From contig JAQFVV010000006.1 of the NCBI GenBank assembly GCA_028023455.1, positions 6,076,001 to 6,140,000 on the forward strand: a stretch of DNA of 64,000 nt. The letters run 5' to 3'. Positions 26,661 through 39,620 of this stretch are shown here, piece by piece (position 1 is the stretch's first letter; each line of letters begins with the position of its first letter). Under the pieces are notes generated by a model. The model was not told the origin of the DNA. It searched no databases and saw only the letters and a list, made by a program, of their open reading frames with translations. This DNA is from Epiperipatus broadwayi. Lineage: Eukaryota; Animalia; Onychophora. A program made the translations under genes and the position numbers.

Positions 26661-27320
26661 ATGTTGGACTATTTCCATCTTTTATCAGTAAATGTTGAAT
26701 TTCTAGAAATTTTTCAATTTTAAATTTTTCAAATACAAAAAACTGTTAATAATAACATACAAATCGAAAACACACTTCCACTCTTTTCCTGGCATTTTTG
26801 GCCTGACTAATGACAATATTAGTATAGGAGACAAACTTACACTTTTAGATTTTTGAATATTGAATTTTAAGGCAATACTCTAACCAACTGAGCTATTCTA
26901 TCAGAGCCAACAGTCAGTAGAAATTCCGCAAAGTTATTGGTGAGGCTTGCCTCAAATCCTCCTGATTCCTCCAATTTCTTTTAATTCTTTCTGAGAGCAA
27001 GGTTAGTTAGAGGTTTTTAGAGATTATGTATTACCACACTGGAATGATTTATAGGATTACTCGCTATTGTCATATGAGCAGTTTTTTTTTGGATATTCTT
27101 TTTTCACACCTTTTCCTCATTATTCATGTTCGGTAGTATATACATGGTCTGCTACTGAAGAGATGGAGAATAGTACCTCTTGAAACCATGTCATGTCTAC
27201 TAATCTGTGTTGTCTACTTATGTGTTATTACTAACAATTGTTTATATTTGAAAAGTTTAAAATTTCCTAAATATTAAAAAATTAATGATAGGTCATGGAG
27301 ATAATCCAACGTATTATAGT
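26661..27320. mobile_element. Second head-to-head SINE family D pair (26661-26898 on -, ~27000-27320 on +)
   Basis: TGTTGGACTATTTCC...CTCTAACCAACTGAGCTA and, opposite, body CTGAAGAG..GAGAATA...TGTGTTGTCTA..TGTGTTATT ending ATGGAGATAATCCAAC. Confidence 0.7.
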
Positions 27321-28094
27321 ATCTAAAATACCATCATCACAAATCTACAGCCAAATTACTGTTTAGAAAGTTCACAAAATAATTGTGATGAGTTTAGAAA
27401 TATCTTAATTAAGACATGCACGTGTGTTTTATCCACCTGAAAGCAGATAGGGTAATAGTATGACAAATTTCAACTCTTGCTCATTATCATCAGTACTTAG
27501 CCACTGCTTATCATTTCTTTCAGCATAATTTATTCCAGCATCCCACTCTATAACTCCATTTAAATTTTAATAAGTTCTTAAACTGTTACAATGCATCATT
27601 ATCATAATTTTATAAATCAAGATTGCTCACCTCCTGTGACATAAAAATAACAAGACGTTATACATAAAATGTTTTTTTCTCATTTATTTCTTAATATAAT
27701 GATTACTATCTGTGATTTGTTCTTATTTATAAAGTCTTATCATAAACCAGCTTAAAGATTTTATTTTAGAGAAATGGCTATAGTCAATCCCTTTAGCCAT
27801 CTAATAATAGTCAATAGATACCACTAGCGACTATTTGTGACTATTTTCTTATTTAACCCAATTAAAATACCACTCCTTCCACTCTTATATGACAGACCCT
27901 AGGGACAATATTAGTCATATTTACTCTTATCTTAATAAAATGCAATTCTTTCTATTCATAAAAATTATTCAACAAAATATTTATTTGAATATCATTTTTA
28001 AAACGAACTCACATTTTATATCCTAAAAGATTGAAAATATGTCTAAAAATTCAAAATTAAATGTATTATTATTAAAATTTGCAAAAAATTTATT

Positions 28095-28430
28095 TACCGC
28101 CATTTATGAAAGCAATTCTTGTTACACAGTAAAAACAGTTTCCGGTTTGCGGTAACAACATTTTTACAACTTGTCTTCTTAAAAACAAATATTTTCAAAT
28201 AAAATCTTATTGTAATCACATCGTTTTTTTGGTTTGAAATAAATATTTTACAAATACGTTACTTAAATCAGTTTAAATAAGTAAATAAATTATTTGTAAA
28301 TAAATTATTGAAAATTACAATTTTTCTTTTGGAAGTAATAAAACAATAGCACATGCTCAAGAAATGTCTTAGGCTAAATAATTACCAATCATGGTTGTTG
28401 TTTTTATTGCATTATGATACAACCAATCAG
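28095..28430. promoter_or_regulatory. Candidate (possibly bidirectional) promoter island
   Basis: YY1-like CCGCCATTT (28097-28105) overlapping a minus-strand ATG GCG|GTAAAT donor; ETS TTCCGG at 28140; CCAATC at 28385 and 28423; perfect + donor CAG|GTAAGT at 28821. Confidence 0.4.
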
Positions 28431-29579
28431 GCTATTGTAAGCTTGCTTTTATATTTAAATTTTGCATGAAGCCAGAAACTACTGACATGTTCAGATTTTT
28501 TTGAAGACTAATAGTTTTAGCAATGATTTCTAAACACAAGAAAAAACCATATATGATAACCCAACATTACAGATAATCACAAAATAACAATGAAAAGCTA
28601 AAAACGATAGCAGCATTACACATAATTATGGATGGAGATATAGCTATAAATAGGTAGTTCAGTTGGAGGTTAAGTCCGATAACATCAAATCACTGACAGA
28701 ATCTAACAACAGTACACACATCCAATATTTGGATAAAACATTGAGATAAGTTCATGTTATGCCTCAAAATTTGTGAGACGGTGCTAATATTTCTTAAACG
28801 AGTTAATTTGTTGTGGTCAGGTAAGTGTTATTCACGAAGTCATGTGATTTTCAAGCACTTAGGAATCTATTGTTTTCAAATCCTTTCTTTATGACTAAGT
28901 TAAATCACATAGAATATTTTTTCTTTAAATATCAAAAACTACAAGTTAAACATATGCATTGATTTGAAATCCCTGGTTCCAGACTTTTTTTAAATGTATT
29001 AATTTTTTGGATTTCAGGAATAGATTACTGACTGTAGAGTCAAACATTGCTAAAAGTGTAAATAGACATTGACTATTTCCTTTTGAGTTATGCTCTTTTG
29101 AAGTTCAGATTTTATATTTATTCACAGAGGGCGCTGTTGAAAAAAATAACATGTGAGAGGTTGATTAGAACATTTTCTATATAAGATACTAATTTGTTAA
29201 AAAATAATTGAAACATGTTTTAGCACCAGAAGTGAGAGAGGTGGCCTATGATCTTATCACACTACCTATGCACCAAAACATTCAGAACAAAGATAATTGA
29301 AAGGTTCACTGCTTGTGAGTTCATAAAAAATGTTTGATCACAGAATGTTGGAGTATAGAACCATAATCCATAAACCTTGAATTTTGAAAGTCTACCAAAT
29401 GCCAACTGTACTACATCAAGCAGGATTGAAAATTTGTTATTAATAATTAAAATCTCTAAAGTATAATATATTATGATTTATTTAGCACAAAAGGTTCAAA
29501 ATTATCTTTGATAGTTTGGGTGGTTAATAGACATTTTTAAATAATGTCTTCGAAGAAGATGGTGTTTTATTTGTGTTTT

Positions 29580-29885
29580 TTTCCATCATCTAATATGAGT
29601 ATTGAATGTCTTTGGCAGGATAGCTCACTTGGTCAGTGTTACCTTAAAAATTCAATACTCAAAGAATGTAAGGGTCCAGGTTCAATTCCTATGCCAGTAC
29701 TATCACTGGTCAGGTCAGCAACACCTGAAGAAGAAGGGAGAATATCTCTTGAAATGTTGTGCATATACTAACTGGTTTGATGTGCTATTACTAACAGTCG
29801 AATGTATTAGGAATATTTAAATAAAGTTAATTTTTTCTAAAGACATTCAATATTCATATTAGATGATGGAAATAGTCCAACTTAT
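29580..29885 (+). mobile_element. SINE family D copy preceded by an inverted copy of its own tail
   Basis: Head at 29619, B-box GGTTCAATTCC; 29580-29613 is the reverse complement of 29839-29872 with 1 mismatch in 34. Confidence 0.85.
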
Positions 29886-30434
29886 AAATACAATTTTTGA
29901 ATAATATATATTTGTATTAATGGTGTTTCAGCCATAGTTATGAAATGCCAATTCCGAAAGAAAGCTAATTTTCATTAATGAAAATAATTATTTGTACGAA
30001 ATTATAATTTTTTTTTTTTGTAATAACTTATTGATATTTATGTTAAATTAATTTGTGTTTAAGCATATTACAGTATTTCCATGTCTAAATTGAAAATAAC
30101 TAAATCTTTTTGCTTAACACAAATCTTATATGATTTTTTTTAAAAAAAAAAAATTACACACACTAAAAAAAATTTTTTTAAAAGATAACATTAGTAACCA
30201 AAAATAATGCCAAGCTATTTTAATAATTACCCAGCTGATATTGAGAAATCATAAGTTCAGTTTTAATGTAAAAAAATTTTACCTCTCAAGTAGATATCGC
30301 TAACCATTGAGCTAAACCATTCAGAGCAGTAATAATATTTTATGGCAAGAATTTTTACAAAATATTTGACCTGGTGATTAATATTTTGGGTTAAGCATTT
30401 TCACATAAAGTTCTCTATACATTGAAACGGGAGC

Positions 30435-30720
30435 AAACTCTCCATACAGCAATGCCACCCAGTGTGAGCCTTAATAATCAATGGATGCAATAAGGTTTAT
30501 GCATAAAATTCATATCTGGTGCATACTCATACACGATATTCAGTCCAGTTTTAAGTGCTACTCAACCAACATCCCCAGAATAGTTTCAACCCTGAAACTA
30601 ATCTGAGGATAGTGAATGAGGAAGCACTAGAAAGGGATTTTATACACAAACATTTTTGCATCTATTGATTACTTAGGCTTACACTGTATGACACTATTAT
30701 ATGGAGAGAGTTTGCTATTA
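30435..30720. mobile_element. Fold-back of family A centred inside the hammerhead (~30590)
   Basis: CCAACATCCCCAGAATAGTTTCA-ACCC-TGAAACTAATCTGAGGATA; arms end in AGCAAACTCTCCATA / TATGGAGAGAGTTTGCT. Confidence 0.75.
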
Positions 30721-30775
30721 TTTTGACAACTTGTGTAAGCATCATTTGATCTTTTAATCGATATATATATATATA

Positions 30776-31030
30776 TGTTGAGCTATTTCCCTCAGGTAAT
30801 AATTAATATTGATTTAATGTCTTTGGAAAAATTCAAAGTTTATTTAAACTTTTCAAATACCTTCAACTGTTTGTAATCGCACACAGATTAGAACGTAGAC
30901 AACATTTCGAGAGGCATTGTCCTCTCTTCTTCAGATGTTGCTGACCTAACTGGTGATAGTACTAGCATGGAATTCAAACTTAGAACTTTAGATTTATGAA
31001 TACTGAATTTTAAGGCAATGCTCTAATCAA
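30776..31030 (-). mobile_element. SINE family D copy
   Basis: TGTTGAGCTATTTCC tail and GAATTTTAAGGCAATGCTCTAA head (reverse complement). Confidence 0.75.
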
Positions 31031-31371
31031 TATCAACCAAATTGTCATAACCAATTCTAGGCATATACCACAATTTTACCATCTCTGGTGTAGAGTAATG
31101 CAATCCTGTTATATCGACAGCCTTAGGTTACAAATTTTTACCCAGATGTCTAACTCCATAGATAATTCTGAATCATTTATTTATACACACTTTTAATATA
31201 TATCTATGAGACAATTTAATTTTAAATTATATGCAGTAAGATATAATAAAAAATTATTAGCAAAAAATAATAATAATGCCGTTAATAAAAAAAAAACTGT
31301 TATAAATTGAGAGAGAGCAACCCTGTGTCTCCAGTATACGAAAATTCTAAATTCAAATTTATGAAATTCTA

Positions 31372-31479
31372 GTCGAGCATTGGTGATCGAGAGGTCAGCG
31401 ACAGCTGCTTTACAAGCAGTTGTAACGGGTTAGCGGGTTCGCTTCCCGGCTGATGCTATGACACATGAGAAAAAAAAAA
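31372..31479 (+). mobile_element. Short SINE family V with 13-bp TSD
   Basis: Anticodon-arm-like GCTGC-TTTACAA-GCAGT; TSD TTATGAAATTCTA at 31359-31371 and 31480-31492. Confidence 0.9.
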
Positions 31480-32776
31480 TTATGAAATTCTAATACTCTT
31501 AAACTTTTTATTTAATGTTTTTTTAACTCATAAGTGTTGAAAGTATTCATATGGGAGAGCTACTGAAATTAAAAATTTTAAAAGAAATGTTAATCGAATA
31601 AATCCACATGACATGTGTCGTCTGACCAACTCACATATAATCTAGAACCAATGAGTGTTTTAGACATCCATGTAACTCTATTCAAAATTATGAAGCCCCG
31701 ACGAATGTAACTTATTCTTTGTTTAAATTTACATCATATGTTTAAGAAAACACAAACATTCTTATATATATCCATTAAAAAAAATAAGGTCAATATTTCT
31801 TATCTTTCAACACCTGTCAAAATGTAACTTTGACACAATTATCTCAACTTCTTTAATATCACTTTTTGACTTTAAAAAAAAAAAAAACCTCTATTAAATA
31901 ATAAAAACAAAAGACAAATTTTTATCATAATGAAATATGAAACCTCCTTTTATCAAAAAATTAATGAAACAAAAAGTCATTTTTTTTCAACCATAAGAAA
32001 GCAAAACTTTTTAAAGAAAAGATTAATTACAAATAAAAGAAAGACTAAATTAATTATATTCCAAGATTAAAAAAGCCAAAACTTTATTAATTAAAAAGGA
32101 AAGTTATTTAAGCTGATTAAAAATTATTAATGTTAGAATAAAAATATATAGAGTGAAGTAAACAGGAAAAAAAATAAAAAACATTTTTTTTTAAAATCTA
32201 TTTTTAAATATTTACAAAACAGCAGATATTTACAAAATATATTTTCCAGACAACTAGCGCCCTCTATACTTAAAAATAGTTTTGCTACACTTTAAATTTT
32301 GTACTCTTTTTAATTTTTCTCTTTAATAAAAAATATTTCATTATGATGAATTCAATTACTATTACAACTCAACAGTACAAAAGTTGAATATGATTCGAAT
32401 GTAAAAGGAATAGCAAGTTATTCTCTAATTACCATGTATGATTTATTTTATTTAACTACGATTGCGAGGCGCAGTTTGGTTCAATAGAGTGGTAAACTCA
32501 AGAGCTAATATATAAACATAGCTAAGTTTTTTAAGGTTCTAAATTAAGCAAGAAATTATTTCACAAGTTTGTCGTAATAAAGGTATCAATGGACCTTGCA
32601 GCACTAAGGCTCACAGGGATTATCTTCTTTTGTTTTATGCCAACTTACTCAGTGTTTAATCTCTCAAGATAGTGATTATTAATACTATACATGCGACCTT
32701 AATCTTCATCGTATGACCACATCCTCAAAGACTGATGGGTTTGTTTTTCAATATGGGATGCTAGCTTGATAATCAA

Positions 32777-33219
32777 GGTTATATCTCACCTTACCTTCAG
32801 ATAGAGTAATCTAGATTGCATTTTATCTTGATCCGGATTGAGCATTCGTTGCCACGGACGAATGGTTATGCAAATAGATAACATATATATCCAATGGCAA
32901 TAACGGGCCAATAAACGGCGATGCTCACTGAATATGAATGTTTTCATAATGGAAGGGGATCTAGCCATAACTAGCCAATCCATTTGAAGATAAAGTCAAA
33001 CAACAACTGTCAAAGTTGAATGGCAATATACACGTCCACTAGGTCACTGAACAGTGAAGCAAGTTCATATTAGAACCGGAAGCTGATAGACATAAACCAG
33101 GCATGAGGAAAGCTGTCACAAAACAGCCAGACATGTCACTGTGCTTCTTTCACAGTGCAGTTAGAAGTGGTAGGTAAACTTATAAGGGAACCTGAAGTTC
33201 TTTCTATAGTTGCATGACA
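32777..33219. mobile_element. Solo-LTR-like repeat (homologue of 10208-10625)
   Basis: Shared TATCTCACC..ATTGAGCATTC.TTGCCAC..AATGG..CCAATGG..CCAATA..GATGCTC; ends CATGACA. Confidence 0.55.
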
Positions 33220-33391
33220 ACTAAATGCACTACCAAACCAATGCATCAGGAAAAGGTATAACATTATACATAATGTAAATATATTGTATATTTGTTTCAT
33301 TAGTAAATATTATAAATGTATTTCACAAGTTTGTTTTTATATATAATCATGCAGAGATGGTTACTAGAAGGAAAATGCATTCTGTTCCAAA

Positions 33392-33450
33392 ATCCAAAGC
33401 TCTTCTTTGATGAAAGCTATAATCTAGAATCTAATCTGTGAACATTGGAT
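33392..33450 (+). ncRNA. Hammerhead family A, degenerate copy
   Basis: ATCCAA..TCTTCT-TTGATGA-AAGC-TATAA-TCTA-GAATCTAATC-TGTGAA-CA-TTGGAT. Confidence 0.45.
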
Positions 33451-34499
33451 AGCAAACATTGGACAAATACATCAGATGGCAGAACTGTAATGAAAAAAAA
33501 AAGTAGGCTGGTAAACTGATTTATTGTAAATTGGAGTCATGTGGTTATTATCTACTAAGATTTAATCATACTATATAGCTTCTGTAAGATGAAATGAAAG
33601 AAAATATTATTACTGGTAAAAAATTGGAGGTGTTTGGAATGAAAAATAACACTAAATAAGAATATATACAAATTCCAGCTTTAATTTTGATTTTTAATAA
33701 CAATGAATCATTCATGTTTCATGCTTACATAGTATATGATAAAACCAGAACAGCTCTCTACTCTACTGCCATCTACAGTGAACTTGAATAATCCATGATT
33801 ACTAGATAATAGTTCATTTAAATCCTCATTTCCAGACTGGTTTCAGAGCTCTTGATATATTCAAATCAGTATTCTCTCTAGCTTCAGATCCCAGATCTCA
33901 CTAATAAAGGAAAAAGTCAGAAACTGGTCAAGGAATAGAAATTTTAAAACACTAACATTTAATCACTAGATGGCACTGATATCTGTTCTTGTCTACTGTA
34001 TATTGTATGAACTGAAGTGGTGTATTTTGCTATTGTTATTATTTATCATTCCTAGGTAGGAAAAAAACATGCTACAGTTATTAAAACATATAGGTACTGA
34101 TTTAGAATCAGATCTACATAGTCTTTTACGCTGGTTAACTTAAATTCAAAACCTTAAGGGGTTTTGAATTTCAGTTTTTTAACTTGTATAATAAAATGAA
34201 GTTAAAGATGGTGGCAGGATGAACAACTACCCTACCTTCCAAGTTGAATCCCAAGAGTCATTGATGAAGACTAAATCCAGAAACCAATTTGGGGATGGAT
34301 ATTTAGGCACACTAACATCTGGTAATTACTAATTACTCAAATTACTATAAATGGCAATAGGAAAAATAACTGTACTTGTATCCTTTTTACTTATTTTAAT
34401 GATTATGGTGTTTGTAATAATCTGATGACTTCAAATTGGATCATCAAAAACTTCATTTTCTAGCTTCTTAAATCGAAAATAATTTATAGGCTATAGTAA

Positions 34500-35110
34500 A
34501 TGTTTTGAGTGCAATCTATAAATACTTTGTTTTGACAATTACAGTTCAAAAAATCTCAGGTCTTTTATTACCCAGCAATGGAAAAAAAATATCTTCAAGA
34601 GTTTTCAGCTTGCATGATATCAGTTTGAGAATGTGTACCAATTTAAATATTTTGGAAAGATGCAATGCAGACTCCAAGAACTTCTTGCTGCATTTAAAGA
34701 GTTACAAAATGGAGTATTTCATCATAAGGGTATAATTGTTGCAACTAAATATGTTGCATATAAGGTTGTTGTTTTCCAGTTCATTTTATGGTAACTGAAA
34801 CATGGACTCCTTATTGATATAATATAAAGGCAATAAGTGCTAATGCATATAACATGTTAAAAGATGGGATATTTCATCATAGTGGTATGACTGTTAACAA
34901 GTAAATTATATATATATGGCTACTGTTTTTCAGTTTATTGTATGGAAGTGAAATATGGTCTCCTTATTGAAGTAACATAAAAGCAGTCGTATACATGTTG
35001 TTTTTCTAATTTTGTTTTATGGAAATGAGATATGGACCCCTTATTTATGTAATGTAAAGGAAATAAGAGAAATTTATTTAAAGATGCTCCCTAAAATTCT
35101 AAAAATACCA
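34500..35110 (+). pseudogene. RTE-clade LINE fragment with internal triplication of the LLYG-x-ETWT segment
   Basis: LENVYQFKYFGK..AAFKELQNGVFHHKGIIVATKYVAYKVVVF; TATGG(T/A)A(A)(C/G)TGA(A/G)A(C/T)ATGG segment recurs at ~34787, 34940, 35017. Confidence 0.75.
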
Positions 35111-35439
35111 TGGTAAAATCATAAGACTTGATCAATATGTTATTTCAGCTTGCTAAAATAATATTGAATAGTGTTGTTAATTTATATCTGTGCTTCATTG
35201 GGCATATAAAGTGAGATAAACTATATAAACTTCCTAAATAAAAAAATATTTAATACATTTTTAAAGAAATATTTTTATTCAAGTAAATAAATGCACTAAA
35301 AAAAATTCAGTTTTTGCAGTGTTCTTGGTATGGGATCAAAATAAAGGAGTGTAGCATTTACGTTTTGAAAGAACAAGGTACAGACTGTTTTCAATCTGCT
35401 TTTAACATCTTGTGAAGGAACATAATCCTGAATATATGA

Positions 35440-36020
35440 TCAAAGACGTATGAAAAAAAATGTATGGTCCCCAACATGCACATTTCATGCTAAACTAGTT
35501 GGCCCAGATCACAATCTCTTACATATATCTTCATCATTGTTCAGTATGTATAGATAGCCAACTACTACAGCTTAATTAATAAGTGTCAAACTCACTGCCC
35601 TCACAACTTTGATACAAATCACTTGACGAAAGTATATTAATAATTTTTATTAGTCATTCATTAGACTAGAGATTATTCAATAATGAATAATATTTCTGAA
35701 GTGTGATTTTCACTACATCCTTCTCACTCAAGGTTCGGGCTGGTTTCTATCCATGTTTAAGAAATTATGGAGTGTAATTATAAACATATTAACAAAAGAT
35801 ATATGATCCCCAAGATGTATATTTCATGCTGAACCAGCACTCATCAATTGGCCCAGATCACAATCTCTTAAACATATCTTTATCATGTTATATGGATAGC
35901 TAATTATAACAGTTTAAACAATGTACCACACTTATTTCCCTTACAACCTTGACACAAACCATTTGATAAGTAAATTAATATTTTTATTAATCATTCATTA
36001 GACTTGAAATTCTTATCTAA
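35440..36020 (-). mobile_element. Retrozyme-like family B, ~1.6 tandem monomers of ~349 bp; hammerhead at 35802-35862, core-deleted copy at ~35460-35513
   Basis: GATCACAATCTCTT recurs at 35507 and 35856; minus strand TGTGATC-TGGG-CCAA-TTGATGA-GTGCTG-GTT-CAGCAT-GAAA-TATACA-TC/TTGG-G-GATCATA. Confidence 0.8.
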
Positions 36021-36429
36021 TGAATGACTAATAAAAATTATTAATGATTCTTAGACTACTTTTAATTAAATTTTTCTAAAATTTCAATTTTTTAATTTTT
36101 CACTATTTTTTCTTTACTAAAATTATGTTTAAATTTTAAAAACAACTGTATTTTCATCAGGAATACATATGTATGCAAGATTTCAACTAGGTCAGAATTT
36201 AAGAAATGTATAAAAATTAAGTGACAAGATTTTACAAACAGACAAATGAACAAATAAAACATTTTAAGTTAAATAAAAGCATATAATAAAAATGACTTTA
36301 TGACAAACTTAAGCCAGCTGTTTCTGGCGGAGGCAAATCCTATTTAAGTTATAAAAATTAGCTCAAATACATTCTAAATCAGTATCTAAAGGATGGCAAA
36401 ATATTGATAGTTGTTATTGGAAAGTTTTT

Positions 36430-36830
36430 CTTGACAAAGGTGAATTTATGAAGAATATTTTAAACATTAGAATACAATAGAAAACTACAATTGGCAAGAT
36501 TATAAAACATGTGACCAATAATGAAATATAATGACTATTTGCAATTAGGGGAGCTATGAAAGATATGGCTAATGTTAGAATACAATGGAGAACAATAATT
36601 TAAATAAGATTATGAAGAATATAACTAATCATGGATTTTAATTGACTATTACAATTAATCAAAGTTATGAAAAACATGGCTACTGCTAAAGTATAATAGA
36701 GAAATGCAATAAGACAATGTTATGAAGAATATGGCTGAGAATAGACTATAACAGAGGAGAACTACATTAGACAAAGTTATAAAGGATGTGATCTGAGAAC
36801 AGAATACAATGGAGAGATAAAAATAAAACA
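36430..36830. repeat. Degenerate ~60 bp tandem repeat
   Basis: Recurring TAGAATACAAT(A/G)GA..AC..AATT..(G)CAAG(A)TTATGAAGAATAT. Confidence 0.65.
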
Positions 36831-39199
36831 GTATGCTGAAGCAAATTTTGCTACAAAAATGTTATAAGACAGTATAAAATCTCACACAATAAAGCCAGAT
36901 GTTATGATGTATGGATATATTTCTGGTTCATAGATTAATTTGTGTAATCATCGCAATAAATATTTTTAATCTTTTTTGTTTATCTTGTGTGTCTTTTTTA
37001 TTCTGGAGCTAACATATGGCGAATAACATTAATATAATAAAAAGATTACCATCTAATGTTCATTGATTACATGCTCACATACTAGATGACTCTGAAGTAG
37101 GTAAGAATAAATTCCTGCTTTTACTAAGCAAAAAAAGTCATACATCGAGTTTTCAATTCCACTCATAAAATGCTACTTATAAGTAATTAATTTATGAAGA
37201 CTTTGATCACACTTCAGTACATTATTTAGAATGACAGGTATTGTTATTATTTACAATTGCTATAATTATAAGATCTGTCATAGCATATGGTTGCAAGTAC
37301 TGGTCTCTTCGCTTTACTCCTAAGCTATCTAATATAAGCTTGAGTAATAAATAGATGATATATATATTTAAAAAAATCTTATGGTACAATGTTTACACAC
37401 GTGGGATAATTAACTTTCACACATTTTGAGGTTCTTCTTCTAGGTTTTAATAAGACTTAAGATTTTTCTTTTAGCTAGCTAGGCTGTAGCCAATCCAGCT
37501 ACATATTCATTATAGATCAGTAAATGGATATCTAGTTATTTTTATTTAAAGAATGGAAAACTGCTTAAATTCCTATCATTATGCTAATAGCCAGTACTCG
37601 TGATTATGAGTGCTATTTAAGAGACTTTTGCTCTGTACCAGGATTTTTTTTTTCATTTGGTGCAAACCATGACTTACTTCTATCTCAGTGGTGTTAAGTT
37701 TGTATTTCTATTATTTCTTTAGATACACTTGTTTGTCTCTGTTATTAAAAGATATAATGAAATTGACTTTTTTTTTTAGTTGTTATTTATCATCTACACA
37801 GATTTTAATATTTATATACATGTCTTCTTCAGAAATGTTGTTTTTTTTCCTCACACATATACAGCTTTTATTTAGCATTGCCAACCCACAAATTTAGAAA
37901 AAGAGTGCAGAAAAAAAGTTTTTTAGTCCTATGTATGTTTCGATCAAAGCATAAATATTTTATGGTTAAATGCAGTCATAAATTAATAAATTCTGGAGCT
38001 CAAGGTTTTTGGATTGTGAGACTTCAGATCTCTCACTTCCGGTACACGAAATTTTTATAAATTCCCAACAATAAATTTAAGAAATACAACAGTATTTAAA
38101 TAGTCTTCTAAGCACCCATTACTAAACGCCAATCATAAATGACAAAAAAGCTTTTATTTACAAGATTTAATAATTACCAGGTAGTGAGGGTTTTTGAATA
38201 CTTTCCTATTCCTGCTCTATTGAACTAAGGATAACTGGATACCCATTTACTGACCAATTGTTATATAGTGGATTTTTTTTGAATACTTTCCTATTCCTGC
38301 TCTATTGAACTAAGGATAACTGGATATCCATTTACTGACCAATTTTGGAATACTCAGCTGTTTTTTCTACAAAACTGATAACTGAAGAAGAAAAGACTAA
38401 GACTGAAATAACACTTGGATAAGTTTTATTCAATCTGAATTCAAACCCACATCAAAGGCACAAAACATGCTCTCTCTGCATAGTTAGGTATTATTTTCTC
38501 TGAATAATTAGTATTAAGTAATAATATTTATTACTAGATTTGTTGTAAATTGATACATTTGTATAATATTTCCATCAGAATTCACACAACGTCTAGTACT
38601 ATTCTAATTAAACGTTTTGTATTCCATCTATGCGTTTATCTAAAATTCATTAATTTTTAGCTGATATTTTCAAAATTTTAAATAATGTTTTAATTTAATT
38701 GGATTTTTTTTTCTTAATTACAATTAATTAGTTTTTTATTTTGTCATTTAAGGCACTTGTGTAGTGCAAGATTGAATCAAATATTAACTTAAACTTCAGC
38801 TGTGAATTCACATTGGGTGAATTACATAGCTTTAATGTAATTAAATTTTTATCTAGATATAAATTTTAAATAACTTGCAAAAAAATGTTCTAACTAATTT
38901 CTAAATTATTTCAAAGTCAATTAAAATATATGTGTGTTTTTAACCACCAGTATATATTCAACAACAATTGCCCTTCAGTTAATATATAAATGATTCAGCT
39001 CATACTTTTTTTCATCATCACCTTTACGCCATCTATTGTAAGCCTTACTAACTAATAACTTCCAGATAATAGTGTTTAATAAAATCCCTTCCTGTATCTA
39101 CTAAAGTCTACTGTAAATGGAATAGATGTGGTGACAAAAAAAAGTATGCTACTGAAACAACAATGAATAGACTGAAATCATTTACTAGTCATGTGACAT

Positions 39200-39620
39200 T
39201 TTAACGGTTTTAAACTATTCTGGATCATGAGATTGAGGTACCTACTGTTATTAAAAAACTAAAGATACCATAATATGTAGAAAGTGAACTGGTTTCAGTT
39301 CTATATGACTGTAAAGATAAGTTGGCTCAGATTGAAAACATTTACATGCTTTTCAAATTAGCCTAATATCTTGATTAGGAATTAGAAAGATAAATAATGG
39401 CTAGCAGAGGGAAAATGTATTAGCTACCTAACTACCTAAAAGTCTAGACACTGGGTCCAAGATCCAAAACTCCTCACTGATGAAAGCTATAAGCTTGAAA
39501 CCAGTCTAGGGGTATTGGTTAGAACAACAGGGAGTATTGGATAGGGACACACTGGATATGGATTTATTAAGCACTATCATCTGTCAATTACAGAAGCTTA
39601 CAATTAATAGCATAACTGTA
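39200..39620 (+). mobile_element. Family A repeat with the best-paired hammerhead at 39461-39520
   Basis: GATCCAA-AA-CTCCTCA-CTGATGA(39477-83)-AAGC-TATAA-GCTT-GAAA-CCAGTC(39506)/TAGGGG-TA-TTGGTT. Confidence 0.85.

Noticed and set aside
27455-27505. Hammerhead-like CTGATGA...GAAATTTGTC on the - strand
   Set aside because: There is no credible stem II and stem I is out of register by one base; single copy.
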